A stretch of DNA of 59,956 nucleotides, counting the filler, from Basidiobolus meristosporus CBS 931.73 (Eukaryota; Fungi; Basidiobolomycota): assembly GCA_002104905.1 (NCBI GenBank). It is 3 parts of 3 records of this genome, joined end to end, with 100 filler letters (N's around TTAATTAATTAA, not from the genome) between each part and the next. Parts side by side here need not be neighbours in the genome. Positions count along the whole stretch, not along the records: positions 28,233 to 40,717 come from MCFE01001241.1; positions 40,818 to 59,956 come from MCFE01001042.1; 1 more part is not named here. One strand, 5' to 3'. Numbering within the stretch: the stretch's first letter is position 1; every line of letters begins with the position of its first letter. The notes beneath the pieces were generated by a model that had not been told where the DNA came from, ran no database searches, and saw only the letters and a list, made by a program, of their open reading frames with translations. Below are positions 34,657 to 47,583 of this stretch, in pieces. The position numbers and the translations under genes were made by a program.

Positions 34657-36870
34657 TTACTCAAACATTGGTCCTTCTTTGAGTTCAAAGGTGAATTTGA
34701 ATTGGTCGTTTTCTACTCCAATATGAACAATCGCATGTTCCAGAAGTTGGCCGGAGAGCAGAGCACGGCTCAATTGTGTCACTAGATGCTTCTCAAGGAA
34801 TCTACGCACTGGTCGAGCTCCATACGTGGGGTCGTACGAGAGTCGGAGTACAAGGTCCGACGCTGCATCCGACATCACCAGATCTATGTCCTTGTCCACC
34901 AAACGCTTCGCAATGCGCTCCACTTGGATCTTCACAATGTCACGTAGGTTGTCCTGTGACAGCGGCGAGAAGACGATGATGTCATCCAGTCGATTCAACA
35001 ACTCTGGTCGGAAGTGTCCCTTCACCTGGTTCATCACAAGCTGCTTCGTTCCCTCGTCCAGCACGCCTGCATTCTCCGGATTCCCGAGTGTGTTCAGGAT
35101 CAGCTCTTGACCGACATTCGAGGTGAGAATGATCACCGTGTTGCTGAAGTCCACCACCCTTCCTTGCCCATCAGTCAACCGGGCGTCATCCAACACCTCC
35201 AACAGCACATTCAGAACTTGTGGATGCGCCTTCTCCACCTCATCGAACAGCACCACCGAGTAGGGCTTGCGACGAACCACCTCCGTGAGCTGGCCACCGT
35301 CCTCGTGTCCCACGTAGCCAGGTGGTGCTCCAATCAATCTCGCCACGGAATGAGACTCCATGTACTCTGACATGTCGATACGCACCATGTACTTCTCGTC
35401 GTCAAAGAGCTCTGCCGCGAGACTCTTTGCAAGCTCAGTCTTGCCAACACCTGTGGGTCCAAGGAACAAGAATGAGCCGATCGGCTGGTTCTCACGCGCG
35501 AGTCCAGCCCGTGACCGAAGGATCGCTTCTGACACTGCAGTGACAGCCTCATCCTGGCCAATCACCCGCTCCGCCAATTTGTTGCCCAGTGAGAGTAGGC
35601 GATCGATCTGTGTCTTGGAGAGACGGGTGACCGGGATTCCGGTCCATCTGCTCACCACCTCCATGATCTGCTCCGGGCCAACTATCTCCGTGAGTAGGCG
35701 ATCGTTCGTCTCCACATCCTTCATCTCCTCGTCTTCTTGCTTCTTCAGGTCCGATAGCTCCGCAATCCGTTTCTCGATATCTGGAATGGCATAGTACCGG
35801 ATATCGGCCGCTTGTGCCAAGTCCCGATGACGCTCGGCCTCATCCGCCTTGTGGCGCAGCTCCTCGAGTCGCTGGTTGAGCTGGCGAATCTCGTCCAGAC
35901 TTCCTTTCTCTGTTTGATACTTCAGCTTGAGTGGTCGAAGCTCCTCCTCGATCTTGAGCATCTCCTCCTGGACTCGGTGAAGTCGTTGCTGACTTGCTTG
36001 ATCCTTCTCCTTGCTCAACGCTGTCGCTTCGACCTCGAGTTGCAGGTGTCTGCGCTCAAGCTGGTCAATGATCTCTGGCTGCGAATCGAGCTGCACTCGA
36101 GTGTTGGCACACGCTTCGTCCATCAGGTCAATCGCCTTGTCAGGTAGGAATCGGTTCGTGATGTACCTGTCTGAAAGCTGCGCTGCTGCCACTAGCGCCG
36201 TGTCGAGGATCTTCACTCCGTGGTGTGCCTCGTACTTCTCCTTGAGCCCACGAAGAATACTGATCGTGTCGATCACGTTCGGCTCTCCCACAAGCACTTG
36301 CTGGAAACGACGCTCAAACGCCGCATCCTTCTCCACGTACTTCTTGTACTCGCTCAGCGTGGTGGCTCCAATGCAGCGGAGCTCTCCACGCGCAAGCATG
36401 GGCTTCAACAGATTCGCCGCGTCCATGGAGCCCTCACTCTTCCCTGCCCCAAGGACGAGGTGGATCTCGTCGATGAACAGAATGATCGGCGTCTCCGAGT
36501 CTTTGATCTCCTTGAGGACTCCCTTCAGTCTCTCCTCAAACTCTCCACGGTACTTGGCCCCTGCGACCAGTGCTCCCATGTCCAGCGAGAAGAGCTTGCA
36601 CTGCAGGTTGGTGGGGACATCCTTGCGAACGATTCTGGCTGCAAGTCCTTCCACCACAGCAGTCTTGCCGACACCAGGCTCGCCGATGAGCACCGGGTTG
36701 TTCTTTGTTCTACGGGAGAGGACTCGGATCACTCGGCGGATCTCTTCGTCACGTCCAATTACGGGGTCGAGTTTTCCCTTCTCTGCCATTTCGGTCATAT
36801 CAATGGCGTATTTGGATAATGATTCGTAAGGACCTTGTTGGTCTGCTTCAGGTTGTGTGTAGTTACTCAT
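34657..36870 (-). CDS. HSP104: Hsp104/ClpB disaggregase paralog lacking the N-terminal domain (737 aa)
   Basis: Walker A GEPGVGKT and GPTGVGKT, M-domain coiled coil, GYVG pore loop; starts ~20 aa before NBD1. Confidence 0.9.
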   Translation of the reverse strand: MSNYTQPEADQQGPYESLSKYAIDMTEMAEKGKLDPVIGRDEEIRRVIRVLSRRTKNNPVLIGEPGVGKTAVVEGLAARIVRKDVPTNLQCKLFSLDMGALVAGAKYRGEFEERLKGVLKEIKDSETPIILFIDEIHLVLGAGKSEGSMDAANLLKPMLARGELRCIGATTLSEYKKYVEKDAAFERRFQQVLVGEPNVIDTISILRGLKEKYEAHHGVKILDTALVAAAQLSDRYITNRFLPDKAIDLMDEACANTRVQLDSQPEIIDQLERRHLQLEVEATALSKEKDQASQQRLHRVQEEMLKIEEELRPLKLKYQTEKGSLDEIRQLNQRLEELRHKADEAERHRDLAQAADIRYYAIPDIEKRIAELSDLKKQEDEEMKDVETNDRLLTEIVGPEQIMEVVSRWTGIPVTRLSKTQIDRLLSLGNKLAERVIGQDEAVTAVSEAILRSRAGLARENQPIGSFLFLGPTGVGKTELAKSLAAELFDDEKYMVRIDMSEYMESHSVARLIGAPPGYVGHEDGGQLTEVVRRKPYSVVLFDEVEKAHPQVLNVLLEVLDDARLTDGQGRVVDFSNTVIILTSNVGQELILNTLGNPENAGVLDEGTKQLVMNQVKGHFRPELLNRLDDIIVFSPLSQDNLRDIVKIQVERIAKRLVDKDIDLVMSDAASDLVLRLSYDPTYGARPVRRFLEKHLVTQLSRALLSGQLLEHAIVHIGVENDQFKFTFELKEGPMFE

Positions 36871-37058
36871 GATTTTTTAAAGTCTTCTTTAAGAGGATAA
36901 GTTTCTAACGTGATAATGTACAATGTAAGTGAAAGTGAAAGTGATTTTTCATCAGTCGATTTCTTGTTTCTTTTATATGAAGGGTTGGTTCCTTTTTGAT
37001 ATACACTAGATACCACGAGAATTTCCTCGAATAGCCAGGAGCTTGCATGATTCTCCGT

Positions 37059-37071
37059 GAATATTCTGGAA
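37059..37071. promoter_or_regulatory. Heat-shock element in the shared divergent promoter
   Basis: GAAtaTTCtgGAA, a perfect nGAAn triplet. Partial elements at ~37019 and 37394. Confidence 0.7.
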
Positions 37072-37527
37072 CCATTGGCTAAACAGAGTAGCCAAATTCC
37101 GAGGATAGATTGAATGACGATTGGCTGATGACTTACCAGTAGCGATTTGATTGATATGCAAACGTTCATTTGAACGCGCTTCGAGTTAGTCATTTTCTTT
37201 TTATGCTAAAATTCTACGTCACTCCTTGGTACTCCGCCAAGGGAGACGTCAGGCTTACGTTGCTTTAGGATGCATATAATCTAAACCCAACTCTTTACCA
37301 TGAGTAAGCCTCTAAGCCACTGTGTATCTAAATCGATTAACACGTGGTTAAAATCCCCCAGTTGAGATTGTATTATCCAATCATTATGAGAGAGAACCTT
37401 CTCAACGTAACTGGTGGTTTGTGGAATTTACCTGAATGAATCAAGGACTGCTCTTGATTCATATAAATATGATTCCGAGCAGATACAAATAACTTCAATA
37501 TTCGAAATTTCGTCAGTCTCTTAGAAA

Positions 37528-40164
37528 ATGAATCCAGAACAGTTCACAGAAAAAACTCTAAAAGTCATATCCGCTGCTATTGAACTAGCTCGCGAACATG
37601 GCCACATTCAGTTGTCACCGATACATATAGCCTGCGCTTTGTTTAGCGACACCGATAACTTTTTGAAAATGGCCATTCAAAAGGCTGGCGGTGACCCCAA
37701 GGTACCTGAACGTACTTTCGGTCGGTTGTTGACAAAACTTCCGTCGCAAAGTCCCCCGCCCGACCCAAGTTTATCTTCGCAGGCATTACAAGTCATTCAA
37801 GAAGCTCAAAAGATCCAAAAGGAAAACGGAGATTCCCACGTCTCTATAGACGTGCTTATTCGGGCGCTGGCAAAACAAAAACAAATCTCGGACGTGCTAC
37901 TTGATGCTGGAGTTAGCCAAAAATTACTGGAGGCTACCCTAGCTAAAATTCGTGGAAACCGTAAAGTAGACAGCGCCACTACTGAAAATTCATATGATGC
38001 ATTATCCAAATATGCCATTGATATGACCGAAATGGCAGAGAAGGGAAAACTCGACCCCGTAATTGGACGTGACGAAGAGATCCGCCGAGTGATCCGAGTC
38101 CTCTCCCGTAGAACAAAGAACAACCCGGTGCTCATCGGCGAGCCTGGTGTCGGCAAGACTGCTGTGGTGGAAGGACTTGCAGCCAGAATCGTTCGCAAGG
38201 ATGTCCCCACCAACCTGCAGTGCAAGCTCTTCTCGCTGGACATGGGAGCACTGGTCGCAGGGGCCAAGTACCGTGGAGAGTTTGAGGAGAGACTGAAGGG
38301 AGTCCTCAAGGAGATCAAAGACTCGGAGACGCCGATCATTCTGTTCATCGACGAGATCCACCTCGTCCTTGGGGCAGGGAAGAGTGAGGGCTCCATGGAC
38401 GCGGCGAATCTGTTGAAGCCCATGCTTGCGCGTGGAGAGCTCCGCTGCATTGGAGCCACCACGCTGAGCGAGTACAAGAAGTACGTGGAGAAGGATGCGG
38501 CGTTTGAGCGTCGTTTCCAGCAAGTGCTTGTGGGAGAGCCGAACGTGATCGACACGATCAGTATTCTTCGTGGACTCAAGGAGAAGTACGAGGCACACCA
38601 CGGAGTGAAGATCCTCGACACGGCGCTAGTGGCAGCAGCGCAGCTTTCAGACAGGTACATCACGAACCGATTCCTACCTGACAAGGCGATTGACCTGATG
38701 GACGAAGCGTGTGCCAACACTCGAGTGCAGCTCGATTCGCAGCCAGAGATCATTGACCAGCTTGAGCGCAGACACCTGCAACTCGAGGTCGAAGCGACAG
38801 CGTTGAGCAAGGAGAAGGATCAAGCAAGTCAGCAACGACTTCACCGAGTCCAGGAGGAGATGCTCAAGATCGAGGAGGAGCTTCGACCACTCAAGCTGAA
38901 GTATCAAACAGAGAAGGGAAGTCTGGATGAGATTCGCCAGCTCAACCAGCGACTCGAGGAGCTGCGCCACAAGGCGGATGAGGCCGAGCGTCATCGGGAC
39001 TTGGCACAGGCGGCCGATATCCGGTACTATGCCATCCCAGATATCGAGAAACGGATTGCGGAGCTATCGGACCTCAAGAAGCAAGAAGACGAGGAGATGA
39101 AGGATGTGGAGACGAACGATCGCCTACTCACGGAGATAGTTGGCCCGGAGCAGATCATGGAGGTGGTGAGCAGATGGACCGGAATCCCGGTCACCCGTCT
39201 CTCCAAGACGCAGATCGATCGCCTACTCTCACTGGGCAACAAATTGGCGGAGCGGGTGATTGGCCAGGATGAGGCTGTCACTGCAGTGTCAGAAGCGATC
39301 CTTCGGTCACGGGCTGGACTCGCGCGTGAGAACCAGCCGATCGGCTCATTCTTGTTCCTTGGACCCACAGGTGTTGGCAAGACTGAGCTTGCAAAGAGTC
39401 TCGCGGCAGAGCTCTTTGACGACGAGAAGTACATGGTGCGTATCGACATGTCAGAGTACATGGAGTCCCATTCCGTGGCGAGATTGATTGGAGCGCCACC
39501 TGGCTACGTGGGACACGAGGATGGAGGCCAGCTCACGGAGGTGGTTCGTCGCAAGCCCTACTCGGTGGTGCTGTTCGATGAGGTGGAGAAGGCGCATCCA
39601 CAAGTTCTGAATGTGCTGTTGGAGGTGTTGGATGACGCCCGGTTGACTGATGGGCAAGGAAGAGTGGTGGACTTCAGCAACACGGTGATCATTCTCACCT
39701 CGAATGTCGGTCAAGAGCTGATCCTGAACACACTCGGGAATCCGGAGAATGCAGGCGTGCTGGACGAGGGAACGAAGCAGCTTGTGATGAACCAGGTGAA
39801 GGGACACTTCCGACCAGAGTTGTTGAATCGACTGGATGACATCATCGTCTTCTCGCCGCTGTCACAGGACAACCTACGTGACATTGTGAAGATCCAAGTG
39901 GAGCGCATTGCGAAGCGTTTGGTGGACAAGGACATAGATCTGGTGATGTCGGATGCAGCGTCGGACCTTGTACTCCGACTCTCGTACGACCCCACGTATG
40001 GAGCTCGACCAGTGCGTAGATTCCTTGAGAAGCATCTAGTGACACAATTGAGCCGTGCTTTGCTCTCTGGCCAGCTCCTAGAGCACACGATTGTCACCGT
40101 TAATGCACAAGGGGACAATTTCGTATTTGACATGGAAACCAAGCAAGTCGCTATGCTCGACTAA
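37528..40164 (+). CDS. HSP104: Full-length Hsp104/ClpB (878 aa)
   Basis: Clp N-domain (MNPEQFTEK...HI) plus both AAA+ domains. Confidence 0.93.
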   Translation: MNPEQFTEKTLKVISAAIELAREHGHIQLSPIHIACALFSDTDNFLKMAIQKAGGDPKVPERTFGRLLTKLPSQSPPPDPSLSSQALQVIQEAQKIQKENGDSHVSIDVLIRALAKQKQISDVLLDAGVSQKLLEATLAKIRGNRKVDSATTENSYDALSKYAIDMTEMAEKGKLDPVIGRDEEIRRVIRVLSRRTKNNPVLIGEPGVGKTAVVEGLAARIVRKDVPTNLQCKLFSLDMGALVAGAKYRGEFEERLKGVLKEIKDSETPIILFIDEIHLVLGAGKSEGSMDAANLLKPMLARGELRCIGATTLSEYKKYVEKDAAFERRFQQVLVGEPNVIDTISILRGLKEKYEAHHGVKILDTALVAAAQLSDRYITNRFLPDKAIDLMDEACANTRVQLDSQPEIIDQLERRHLQLEVEATALSKEKDQASQQRLHRVQEEMLKIEEELRPLKLKYQTEKGSLDEIRQLNQRLEELRHKADEAERHRDLAQAADIRYYAIPDIEKRIAELSDLKKQEDEEMKDVETNDRLLTEIVGPEQIMEVVSRWTGIPVTRLSKTQIDRLLSLGNKLAERVIGQDEAVTAVSEAILRSRAGLARENQPIGSFLFLGPTGVGKTELAKSLAAELFDDEKYMVRIDMSEYMESHSVARLIGAPPGYVGHEDGGQLTEVVRRKPYSVVLFDEVEKAHPQVLNVLLEVLDDARLTDGQGRVVDFSNTVIILTSNVGQELILNTLGNPENAGVLDEGTKQLVMNQVKGHFRPELLNRLDDIIVFSPLSQDNLRDIVKIQVERIAKRLVDKDIDLVMSDAASDLVLRLSYDPTYGARPVRRFLEKHLVTQLSRALLSGQLLEHTIVTVNAQGDNFVFDMETKQVAMLD

Positions 40165-40717
40165 TAGCTTTACAAATGTAGCCACCCTCCAACATGATTT
40201 TGCCTTTATGTAAATTTTATCCGGTATATTATTGAATGTTATTTCTGATAATCATCAAGCATCATAACTATAAATAAACATACACTATCTTGTAATTATT
40301 GAATACTCATAAATCTCGAGATGATTTTTTGAAACAAGACAGCTTCCGCAAGTTGATGTTTCAATATGCCCTTGGTTACACAACAGAGTAAAGTATATTC
40401 GGAAACTGTAACGTTACATTGGCTTGTGCATTACCTTTCACAAATTATCTCGTATGATACAATATCAAGCGGACAATTGGTTGATTTGGTGTTGATTATC
40501 TCTCTGTGAACCCCATCCTAAAGCGCAAGAACGTTGTTGTTTGTATCGTGTAGTACAAATAGTATATTTAGTTGCCTGAGAGATGATTTGGATGAATTTA
40601 CTGTTAGTTTATTAAGCAGGTAAAAGATGTCTAACACCATGGTCCAAATTTGAGATCCCAATAAGTCATGTGGGAAATAATATCCACAGGTAAGTAACCA
40701 CGGATACAATCTCTATC

Positions 40718-40817
40718 NNNNNNNNNNNNNNNNNNNNNNNNNNNNNNNNNNNNNNNNNNNNTTAATTAATTAANNNNNNNNNNNNNNNNNNNNNNNNNNN
40801 NNNNNNNNNNNNNNNNN
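40718..40817. other. Assembly gap/spacer with all-frame stop linker
   Basis: 100 bp of N with TTAATTAATTAA at 40762-40773. Confidence 0.97.
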
Positions 40818-41005
40818 TTGTAGTTCAATAGTTTTCCCTTGACAAGCTTGAGGCTTTATCCCCCATCACTTAGATTAGATAAAAGACCCAGTATTCCTAG
40901 CAAGCTTTTGCCAGAGGTTATCGCACCCAGTGAACACCCCACACACATTCACACTTGAGAAGTGTTGGCCGTATTTTGCCCCTTTGGACTTATACACCAC
41001 CACAG
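40818..41005 (-). repeat. Partial LTR of the family seen at 57447-58517 and ~53785-54050
   Basis: Reverse complement of the 5' part of 57447-57640. Confidence 0.75.
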
Positions 41006-42090
41006 CGCCACTCCTACGGTTGTGTCCAGTTGGTCATTTGTTAGCTGTACCCAAATGGTGTCATTGGGGACTATATCTAACTTTAGATATTTTGCTAATG
41101 ACTCTGACATGATTAACATAGAGGATCTTGTGTCAATAAGGGCAAGAATTTCCTTATTTTCTATATGTACCTTTACATATGTATCCTTATTTGGTTTTTG
41201 TAGGACCATCCAGTTGACATGAAGGGTTGTCATCTCCTTCAATCCCTTTATCAGTTCCTTGACTAGAGCTGGGGCAGGTCCCATTAAACTGGTTATTTGG
41301 AGGGTTGCCTTGGTTTGCTCTAGTATCTTCATCACAGGGAATAGGCCATGGGAAGACATACTAGCTTTCTTTGTTTGCTTCAACACTTCTTCTCAAGGCT
41401 CATTCCATACTTCTTCACCTAATTTGGCATTCTTTCCTTTTGACAGAACCTGTACTATATAGTTCCTTTGCCTCCTCTCTAGAAGCATCATGTTGATGCT
41501 TCTTCTTCTGCACTTTGACTGTTCTGACTGGAGGGTTTAGAATGACTGAGTCCTATTGGCTTCCTGGCAAGAGACTCTCTCTTTTGATGCCTTCTTCTTT
41601 TTTGTGTCCAGTATGGGTTCTTGTCTGTACCATTTTTCACATCTGTGGGCTTGGTGGCCTACTTCTCCATAGGTAATGTCATTGCAGCTGTTCCATCTTT
41701 TAGGTTAAGGGCTTGCACCTGGACCTTTAGATCTATGACAGCTTCTCAGAGTTTATCACCTTCTTTGGGGACTTTGTGGACTTTGTTGCTTGAGAGTTCT
41801 TGGACCTTTCACTGTAATTCCTGTAACTCACAGTCTGTTGGAGAGGCAATTTTTCCTTTCTTATGGAGGATTCCTGTCCTTCAATTACTTGTATCACTGT
41901 AGGATAGCCCCCATAGCAAGATGATCACTTGTACTGGTTTGACCAACTTTTGCAATGTTTTACATCCCTGTTGTTCTTTGGATGCCTTACGTCTTACTTT
42001 TTTGTCTAAGCCTATGATGTAAAATCTCATGAGCTGTTGTTTAGCAATTTTGTCCTTCAAGAGACATCAAGCTTGTTGGAGAAACAGCTC
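41006..42090 (-). mobile_element. Gypsy gag/protease remnant
   Basis: ALIDTRSS protease-like motif in ORF 40949-41386; decayed gag upstream. Confidence 0.7.
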
Positions 42091-42092
42091 AG

Positions 42093-43175
42093 TGTAGGCT
42101 GTGAGTACTAAATGCAGTACCCACTCTTTGCCAAAGAGTCCTCCCCAGAATCCTACCCAAAGTCCCCCAGTATCCTCCCTATGATTCCCCCACATGCCCT
42201 CCCTTCTATCCATACCCTTATCTAGTTAGAACACTTACCATAACAGAAATGTGCTCACACCCCTATTATATAACACATTGACTATTATCTAAACCCCCCA
42301 AGTGATATATATATGTACCCAATTGAACCAAGACAGAGAGATTTGGGACGGAATAAACACAAGTCTTTATTACCTTGCTACCTTCTATTGGAATCTATTC
42401 TGAACCAAGTGGTACTGACTTGACCTACAAGCTCTCCCACTCACCAAGTACAGTCAGTAATAACCCACATATTTGGTGCCATCTCTGCCAAAAGAAGCAC
42501 AAGTGAGGTAATGACTACTACAATCAAACTAAAAACATACAAGGGAAAGAGAGAGAGAGCCCTTGAGTGGTTTGATGAGTTTGAGAGAGTTGCGGTTGAT
42601 GCAGGATGGGACAACAATAAGAAAGTGAGGGAGCTTGCAAGACATATGGAAGGGTCAGCATGGCAATGGCATTATGGGTTGGACTCTGGGGAGGACTCTT
42701 GGGCAAAGAGTGGGTACTGCATTTAGTACTCACATGGGCTTCATCTAGTGCATTCCAGTCATCTTTAACTGCAACTTCCAAGCCATAATGGCAGCAAATA
42801 TGCGGTTATCACTGACTGTACTTGGTGAGTAGGGGAGCTTGTAGGTCAAGTCAGTACCACTTGGTTCAGAATAGCTTCCAATAGAAGGTAGCTAGGTAAT
42901 AAAGACATGTGTTTATTCTGTCCATATCTTGTTGTTTGTTCACTTGGTTTATCAGATACATATATCACTTGGGAGGGCTTAGATAATAGACAATGTGTTA
43001 TGAAATAGAGGTGTTAACACCTTCCTGCTACGGTAAGTGGTCTAACTTGATAAGGTCAGGAATAGGAGGGAGGATGTGCCAGGGATTCATAGGGAGGATA
43101 CTGGGGGACTTTGGGTAGGACTCTGGGGAGAACTCATGGGTAAAAAGTGGTTACTCCATTTAGTACTGACAACCT
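42093..43175. mobile_element. Two inverted LTR-like arms (~390 bp) flanking a gag start
   Basis: 42093-42485 is the diverged reverse complement of ~42787-43175; gag ORF 42511-42726 (WFDEFERVA). Confidence 0.7.
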
Positions 43176-43254
43176 ATAAGTGCGTAGGTGGTGCCACAAC
43201 TTTATTTATAACTCTTACTAGGGCAGGTCATTGATGAATCCTACATTCATGTAT

Positions 43255-45062
43255 GTGCAATGTCTCAAATGCAAGACTGTCTTAAATTCACATGAGTACT
43301 CACAAAAAGGAGATATAATAGCATTAGGTTGTTGAGTAGCAAACTGTTTGCCCCATGGACAAGACTACTTTGATTCAATGCTGTAGAGAAGAGAAGAAAG
43401 ACCATGTGCCTACTGTAGCAAGCTTCTCAGCCATGAAGGTCACAGAGAGCATAGGAAGTACAACAAGGATCATGGCCAGTGTTCTACAACACAAGTCATA
43501 TTTGACCATTCTTCAGACACTACTGTACCAATAATATCTTGCTGGGCACTTGATACTACTAAAACAGCTTCTGGATGTACTTGTCATTGTGCACAAACTA
43601 AGTCACAAGAATTTGTGTCACTTTTAGGCTCACCCCAGCCTTCTGAATATAGCCTGCAGAGTGATAGCTCTAAAGAATCAGGCTCACTGATGGATTGGGA
43701 GCCTATTTTCCCTAACAACAGTACCCTGCATGAGCCCAGCAAAATCCCATTTTGCAATTAGACAACATCCATGGAAAAAATGCCAAGGATGCTTGGTGGA
43801 GCCAAGTGAGCCCAGTATTACATCCACTGGTGAATGATGAGATGTTGTGGCCAGAGCAGTGGTGCATTTCCACTAATATCAGTAATGGGGGCTTTGAGGA
43901 TTTACACTACTTCTTGCCAAAATCATTTCAAGATGCAAGCTTTCATGTACATGATATAAATGGAAAACTATCATGCAGCTGGCAACATATGACCCAGAGA
44001 CCTTTCTGTTACCAGCATGTGTTGGCAGTTGCATGGTGTCCACATCAGAAAATGCCACCATTGTAAGGTGTCCAACTTGTCAGGAATCCACCACTATTAG
44101 GGGAAAACATTGATCACACAGTGGATATATTCCAGTAATGTCCCATATAAAGAATCACATGCAGTCCAACAGATATTGTGAGCTATAAAGTACCATACTC
44201 AGCATCAATCAAGCACACACAGATCAGATATATTTTATGGCAAACGTTACAAACAGCTATGAAGCAAGGGCTACCTTGAAGGTATTTATGACCATGCCTT
44301 TGCCTTGGTACCTGGTGAATTCTCATTAAACAAGTGCTCTACCAACAACTCCTGCTAGCCACTGATTCTCATAAACCTGAATCTGCCACCTATCTTACAG
44401 TATTAGAGTAGAAATCTGATGGAAGTCCCACTGATATCTGGGCCTAAAGCATTGTCCTACCTGGATGCCTACTTGAATCCATTGCTGGATGAATTTTGTA
44501 TGCTTTTAAGCAGGATAACAGCTAATGGCCATCATGTAAAAGCACATATTACTATCTGCATTGAGGAGACCCCAACCATCAGCAAAATAGCCAGCTTTTC
44601 TGGGCACTATGGATGGTATTGCTATCAAGTGTGTGAAATCCAGGGGACTTACTCCATAACTCACTCACATTATTATTACCTAAGCACCAAAACTAAGAAC
44701 ATCATCTATCCACAGAGAGAACATACAGAAGTCAGCATGCAATTGCAGCAAAGCTGGCAAACTATAAGCCAATGGCAACATTATGAAATTAACTGGACAC
44801 CACATAGGCTTAAAATAGAGGGTATTTTTGGAGCAAAGGCTTTCCACTGGGAGCAATGCATTTGCTTCTGAAAAATATCCCTATACTGATCACCAAGCTG
44901 TACATGGGGCATTTCAAGCTAAATGAGCCCTTTGAGATACAGGAGAAATCTGAAAGAAATGGTAAGACATTACAGAGTATCAGCTACCCCAAGTACTTCT
45001 CACAGGCTCTAATCAATATGCAACAACACAAGTGCAAGGACTGGATGAGCTGGATATGTATT
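43255..45062 (+). pseudogene. EnSpm/CACTA-like (tnp2 type) transposase, 5' part
   Basis: ACVGSCMV, PLISGPKALSYLDAYLNPLLDEF, KIASFSGHYG..C..CEI, HLLLKNI, KDWMSWIC. Confidence 0.8.
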
Positions 45063-45248
45063 AGACTTCTTCTGTTGAATAGTGCCACATTGAGCCATGA
45101 GTGCCAAATGAAGTCCTAGTGTGCCAGAGAGGCCATGTGAACCTGTACTTGGCTACAGAGTGTAAAACTTAGCTCTGCATCTTCATGCCAAGCAGCCCTT
45201 GTGTTTAACCTATGATGCAGGAGAAAATCCATTTTTTGATGTTTTTTT
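45063..45248 (+). repeat. Left terminal inverted repeat
   Basis: AGACTTCTTCTGTTGAATAGTGCCAC... aligns with the reverse complement of 50700-50885 (roughly 80% by eye). Confidence 0.85.
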
Positions 45249-45440
45249 CAGTATGCCTCCCAGTTGGAATCTTACATTTTAGACCATCAATTCTGTATCA
45301 AAACAGTAAGATACTCTGGAAGCAACGCAACTTAAGAGTGTATGTATTTGCATACCTTGCATGTCAAGGGTTAAGAAGTGTGTAAAGTAGATGCCCTTTG
45401 CACATTACTAAATAAGCAAATATTTGTATGTTATCAAACA

Positions 45441-45514
45441 GCTTGCATAGCTCAGTTGGTTAGAGCATGGTGCTAATAACACCAAGGTTGTAGGTTTGAC
45501 CCCTGCTGTGAGCA
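45441..45514 (+). tRNA. tRNA-Ile(AAT), CpG-decayed
   Basis: Anticodon arm TGGTG-CTAATAA-CACCA; T-loop GTTTGA. Confidence 0.9.
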
Positions 45515-45687
45515 AATTTCCTTTTTTGTTTTTTCCTAGCCAACTCATTTCCCTCAAGTTATTGTCAAAATAGATACATACACAAGTGTACTTTCACAAA
45601 GTTGTTGTTTAGTGGCTTTGTTATATTGTATGCTGATAAACACTTGGAAGAAATATACAGTTTATTCTTTATTTTATTGTAACTAAT

Positions 45688-45759
45688 TCTCAGATAGTAT
45701 AGTGGTAAGTATCCCCACCTGTCTTGTGGGAGACCCGGGTTCAATTCCCAGTCTGAGAG
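45688..45759 (+). tRNA. tRNA-Asp(GTC), CpG-decayed
   Basis: CCCAC-CTGTCTT-GTGGG; TCTCAGA/TCTGAGA acceptor stem. Confidence 0.9.
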
Positions 45760-46118
45760 CTTTTTATATGGCACTCTAAGTATAGTAGTATAGGCAGTAG
45801 CAATATTATATTACTTGATAACCTGTTTATTTGAAAATACATAGATAAAGTTTTTACAACAGTATTTCTGCCTCATATATATATATATACATATATGTGC
45901 CTCTGTTTGCATCTTGGCCCATAGTTATAGGATATGAATCTTTACTGGGAATTGTACAAAAGATTTCACCCACACAAAGAGCAAGTATACCGCCAAATCC
46001 TCAAGGCAATACCACCCTAACAAGATGCACAATACACTATTTGTCATTTTACAAAAGTCCTCAAGAATATACCAGTACCTAGCAATATCACCACTACTCC
46101 AGAAAGCCTAATATAAAT

Positions 46119-46191
46119 GGGGGTCTAGCTCAGATGGTAGAGCACTTGCTTAGCATGTGAGAGGCACTGGGATCAATACCCAGGTCCTCCA
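46119..46191 (+). tRNA. tRNA-Ala(AGC)
   Basis: CTTGC-TTAGCAT-GTGAG; G3:U70; T5 terminator. Confidence 0.9.
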
Positions 46192-46308
46192 TTTTTGCCA
46201 TGTTGCAGTAAAGAATTTTAATATTTGCAGCAATGCTATTTTCCATTTGCTCAAAGCCATTCATTTATATTTATCTTGGGCATAAAAAAACTGTTAAAGT
46301 GTGTAAAA

Positions 46309-46380
46309 AGGATGCAGGCAAATTTGAACCACCAACCTGTTGATCTGCAGTCAATTGCTCTACCACTGAGCTATATGTCC
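46309..46380 (-). tRNA. tRNA-Cys(GCA)
   Basis: TTGA-CTGCAGA-TCAA. Confidence 0.9.
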
Positions 46381-46504
46381 GTTACTTGGAAGGCTAATAT
46401 TATACAGATTCACATATCTGTGAATGCAACAATGATCTGTCAATCTCATCAATTGCTGTTTGAAAAGTAAATCCATCAAAAGCGGATCAAGGCAAAAGTA
46501 TAAG

Positions 46505-46577
46505 CACCCAATGTGGGGGTCAAACCCACAACCTTGGGATTAAGAGTCTCACGCTCTACCAATTGAGCTAGCCAGGC
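46505..46577 (-). tRNA. tRNA-Lys(CTT)
   Basis: TGAGA-CTCTTAA-TCCCA; GCCTGGCTAGCTCA start. Confidence 0.9.
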
Positions 46578-46854
46578 CACATGGCTGTATGTGTAAAAGC
46601 TTAGTTATATTCCTTTTGTTTGCTTGAAAAGACCTGCGACCATTAAAGCATAGCATAAAATCATACCACCTATATAGACATATATACTTCATCCCAAGGG
46701 ATTTTCAAATATTGACAATATTTCATTGTGTGAAACAGACACCCAGAGCATGGTACTGCATATATTAGGAGAACCTGAGGTATAGAATCACCGCACAATT
46801 GTTGTTTTGTGATGCATAGTAACAACACAGAGTAAAAAAAATATCAAAAGAAAC

Positions 46855-46927
46855 TACTCCCTGCCAGGATTGAACTGGTGACCTTCAGATTATGAGACTG
46901 ACATGCTGCCAACTGCGCTAAGGAAGC
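46855..46927 (-). tRNA. Elongator tRNA-Met(CAT)
   Basis: TCAG-TCTCATAA-TCTGA arm. Confidence 0.88.
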
Positions 46928-47096
46928 ATGTATACCGGGGATATCTTATATCAATATATTACAAGCTCCAGACTATTTTGCATGATTTAATACCCCACAG
47001 TAGGGTAGCAATAATCATTCAGGAGGTACAATATTGTGCCAGCAAAATTCAAACAACATTAAAAATGAGCCTTTACAACGTAGTTGAATGCAAAAG

Positions 47097-47168
47097 TTCC
47101 CCATTGGGGAATCAAACCCTGGTTGTCTTGGTGAAAGCAAGAAATCCTAACCACTGGACCAATGAGGA
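47097..47168 (-). tRNA. tRNA-Glu(TTC)
   Basis: TCTTG-CTTTCAC-CAAGA. Confidence 0.88.
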
Positions 47169-47511
47169 ATACATGAAAACATTCTAACTACAATGCTGTG
47201 TTAATGTGTAAGTGTAATGTTGCACAGCAGTTCAATCGTTAATACATCCCTTTGCTAGGTCTATTTTGCATGATAAAAATTGCACCCTTGGCAGTACAAT
47301 AAGTTATTGTATGTGAGTGCTTAGAAGCCTCTGGTCAAGGTAAAGGCTTCTAGCATATATGGCAAGTTCTTGGGCAAGATTTGATTGCAGACTCTGCAAA
47401 GAGAAGCAATAAGTATACATATTCTTCAACTCCTATTTAGCATTCACACATTTTCATGGTATAAATGTAATAGTGACACTCATACATTTGAGGAGTCAGC
47501 AAAAGATTAGA

Positions 47512-47583
47512 TAGAAGCAAGAGGTTTTGATCCTCCAACCTCAGGGTTATGAGCCCCGTGTGCTTCCTCTGCGCTATGTTGCT
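47512..47583 (-). tRNA. Initiator tRNA-Met(CAT)
   Basis: A1 start, GGGGCTCATAACCC arm, GGATCAAAA T-loop of the eukaryotic initiator type. Confidence 0.9.

Noticed and set aside
20859-40142. Long antisense or alternative-frame ORFs over the Amt, LDH and Hsp104 genes
   Set aside because: Expected shadows of GC3-rich coding sequence, duplicated along with the genes; no independent motifs.
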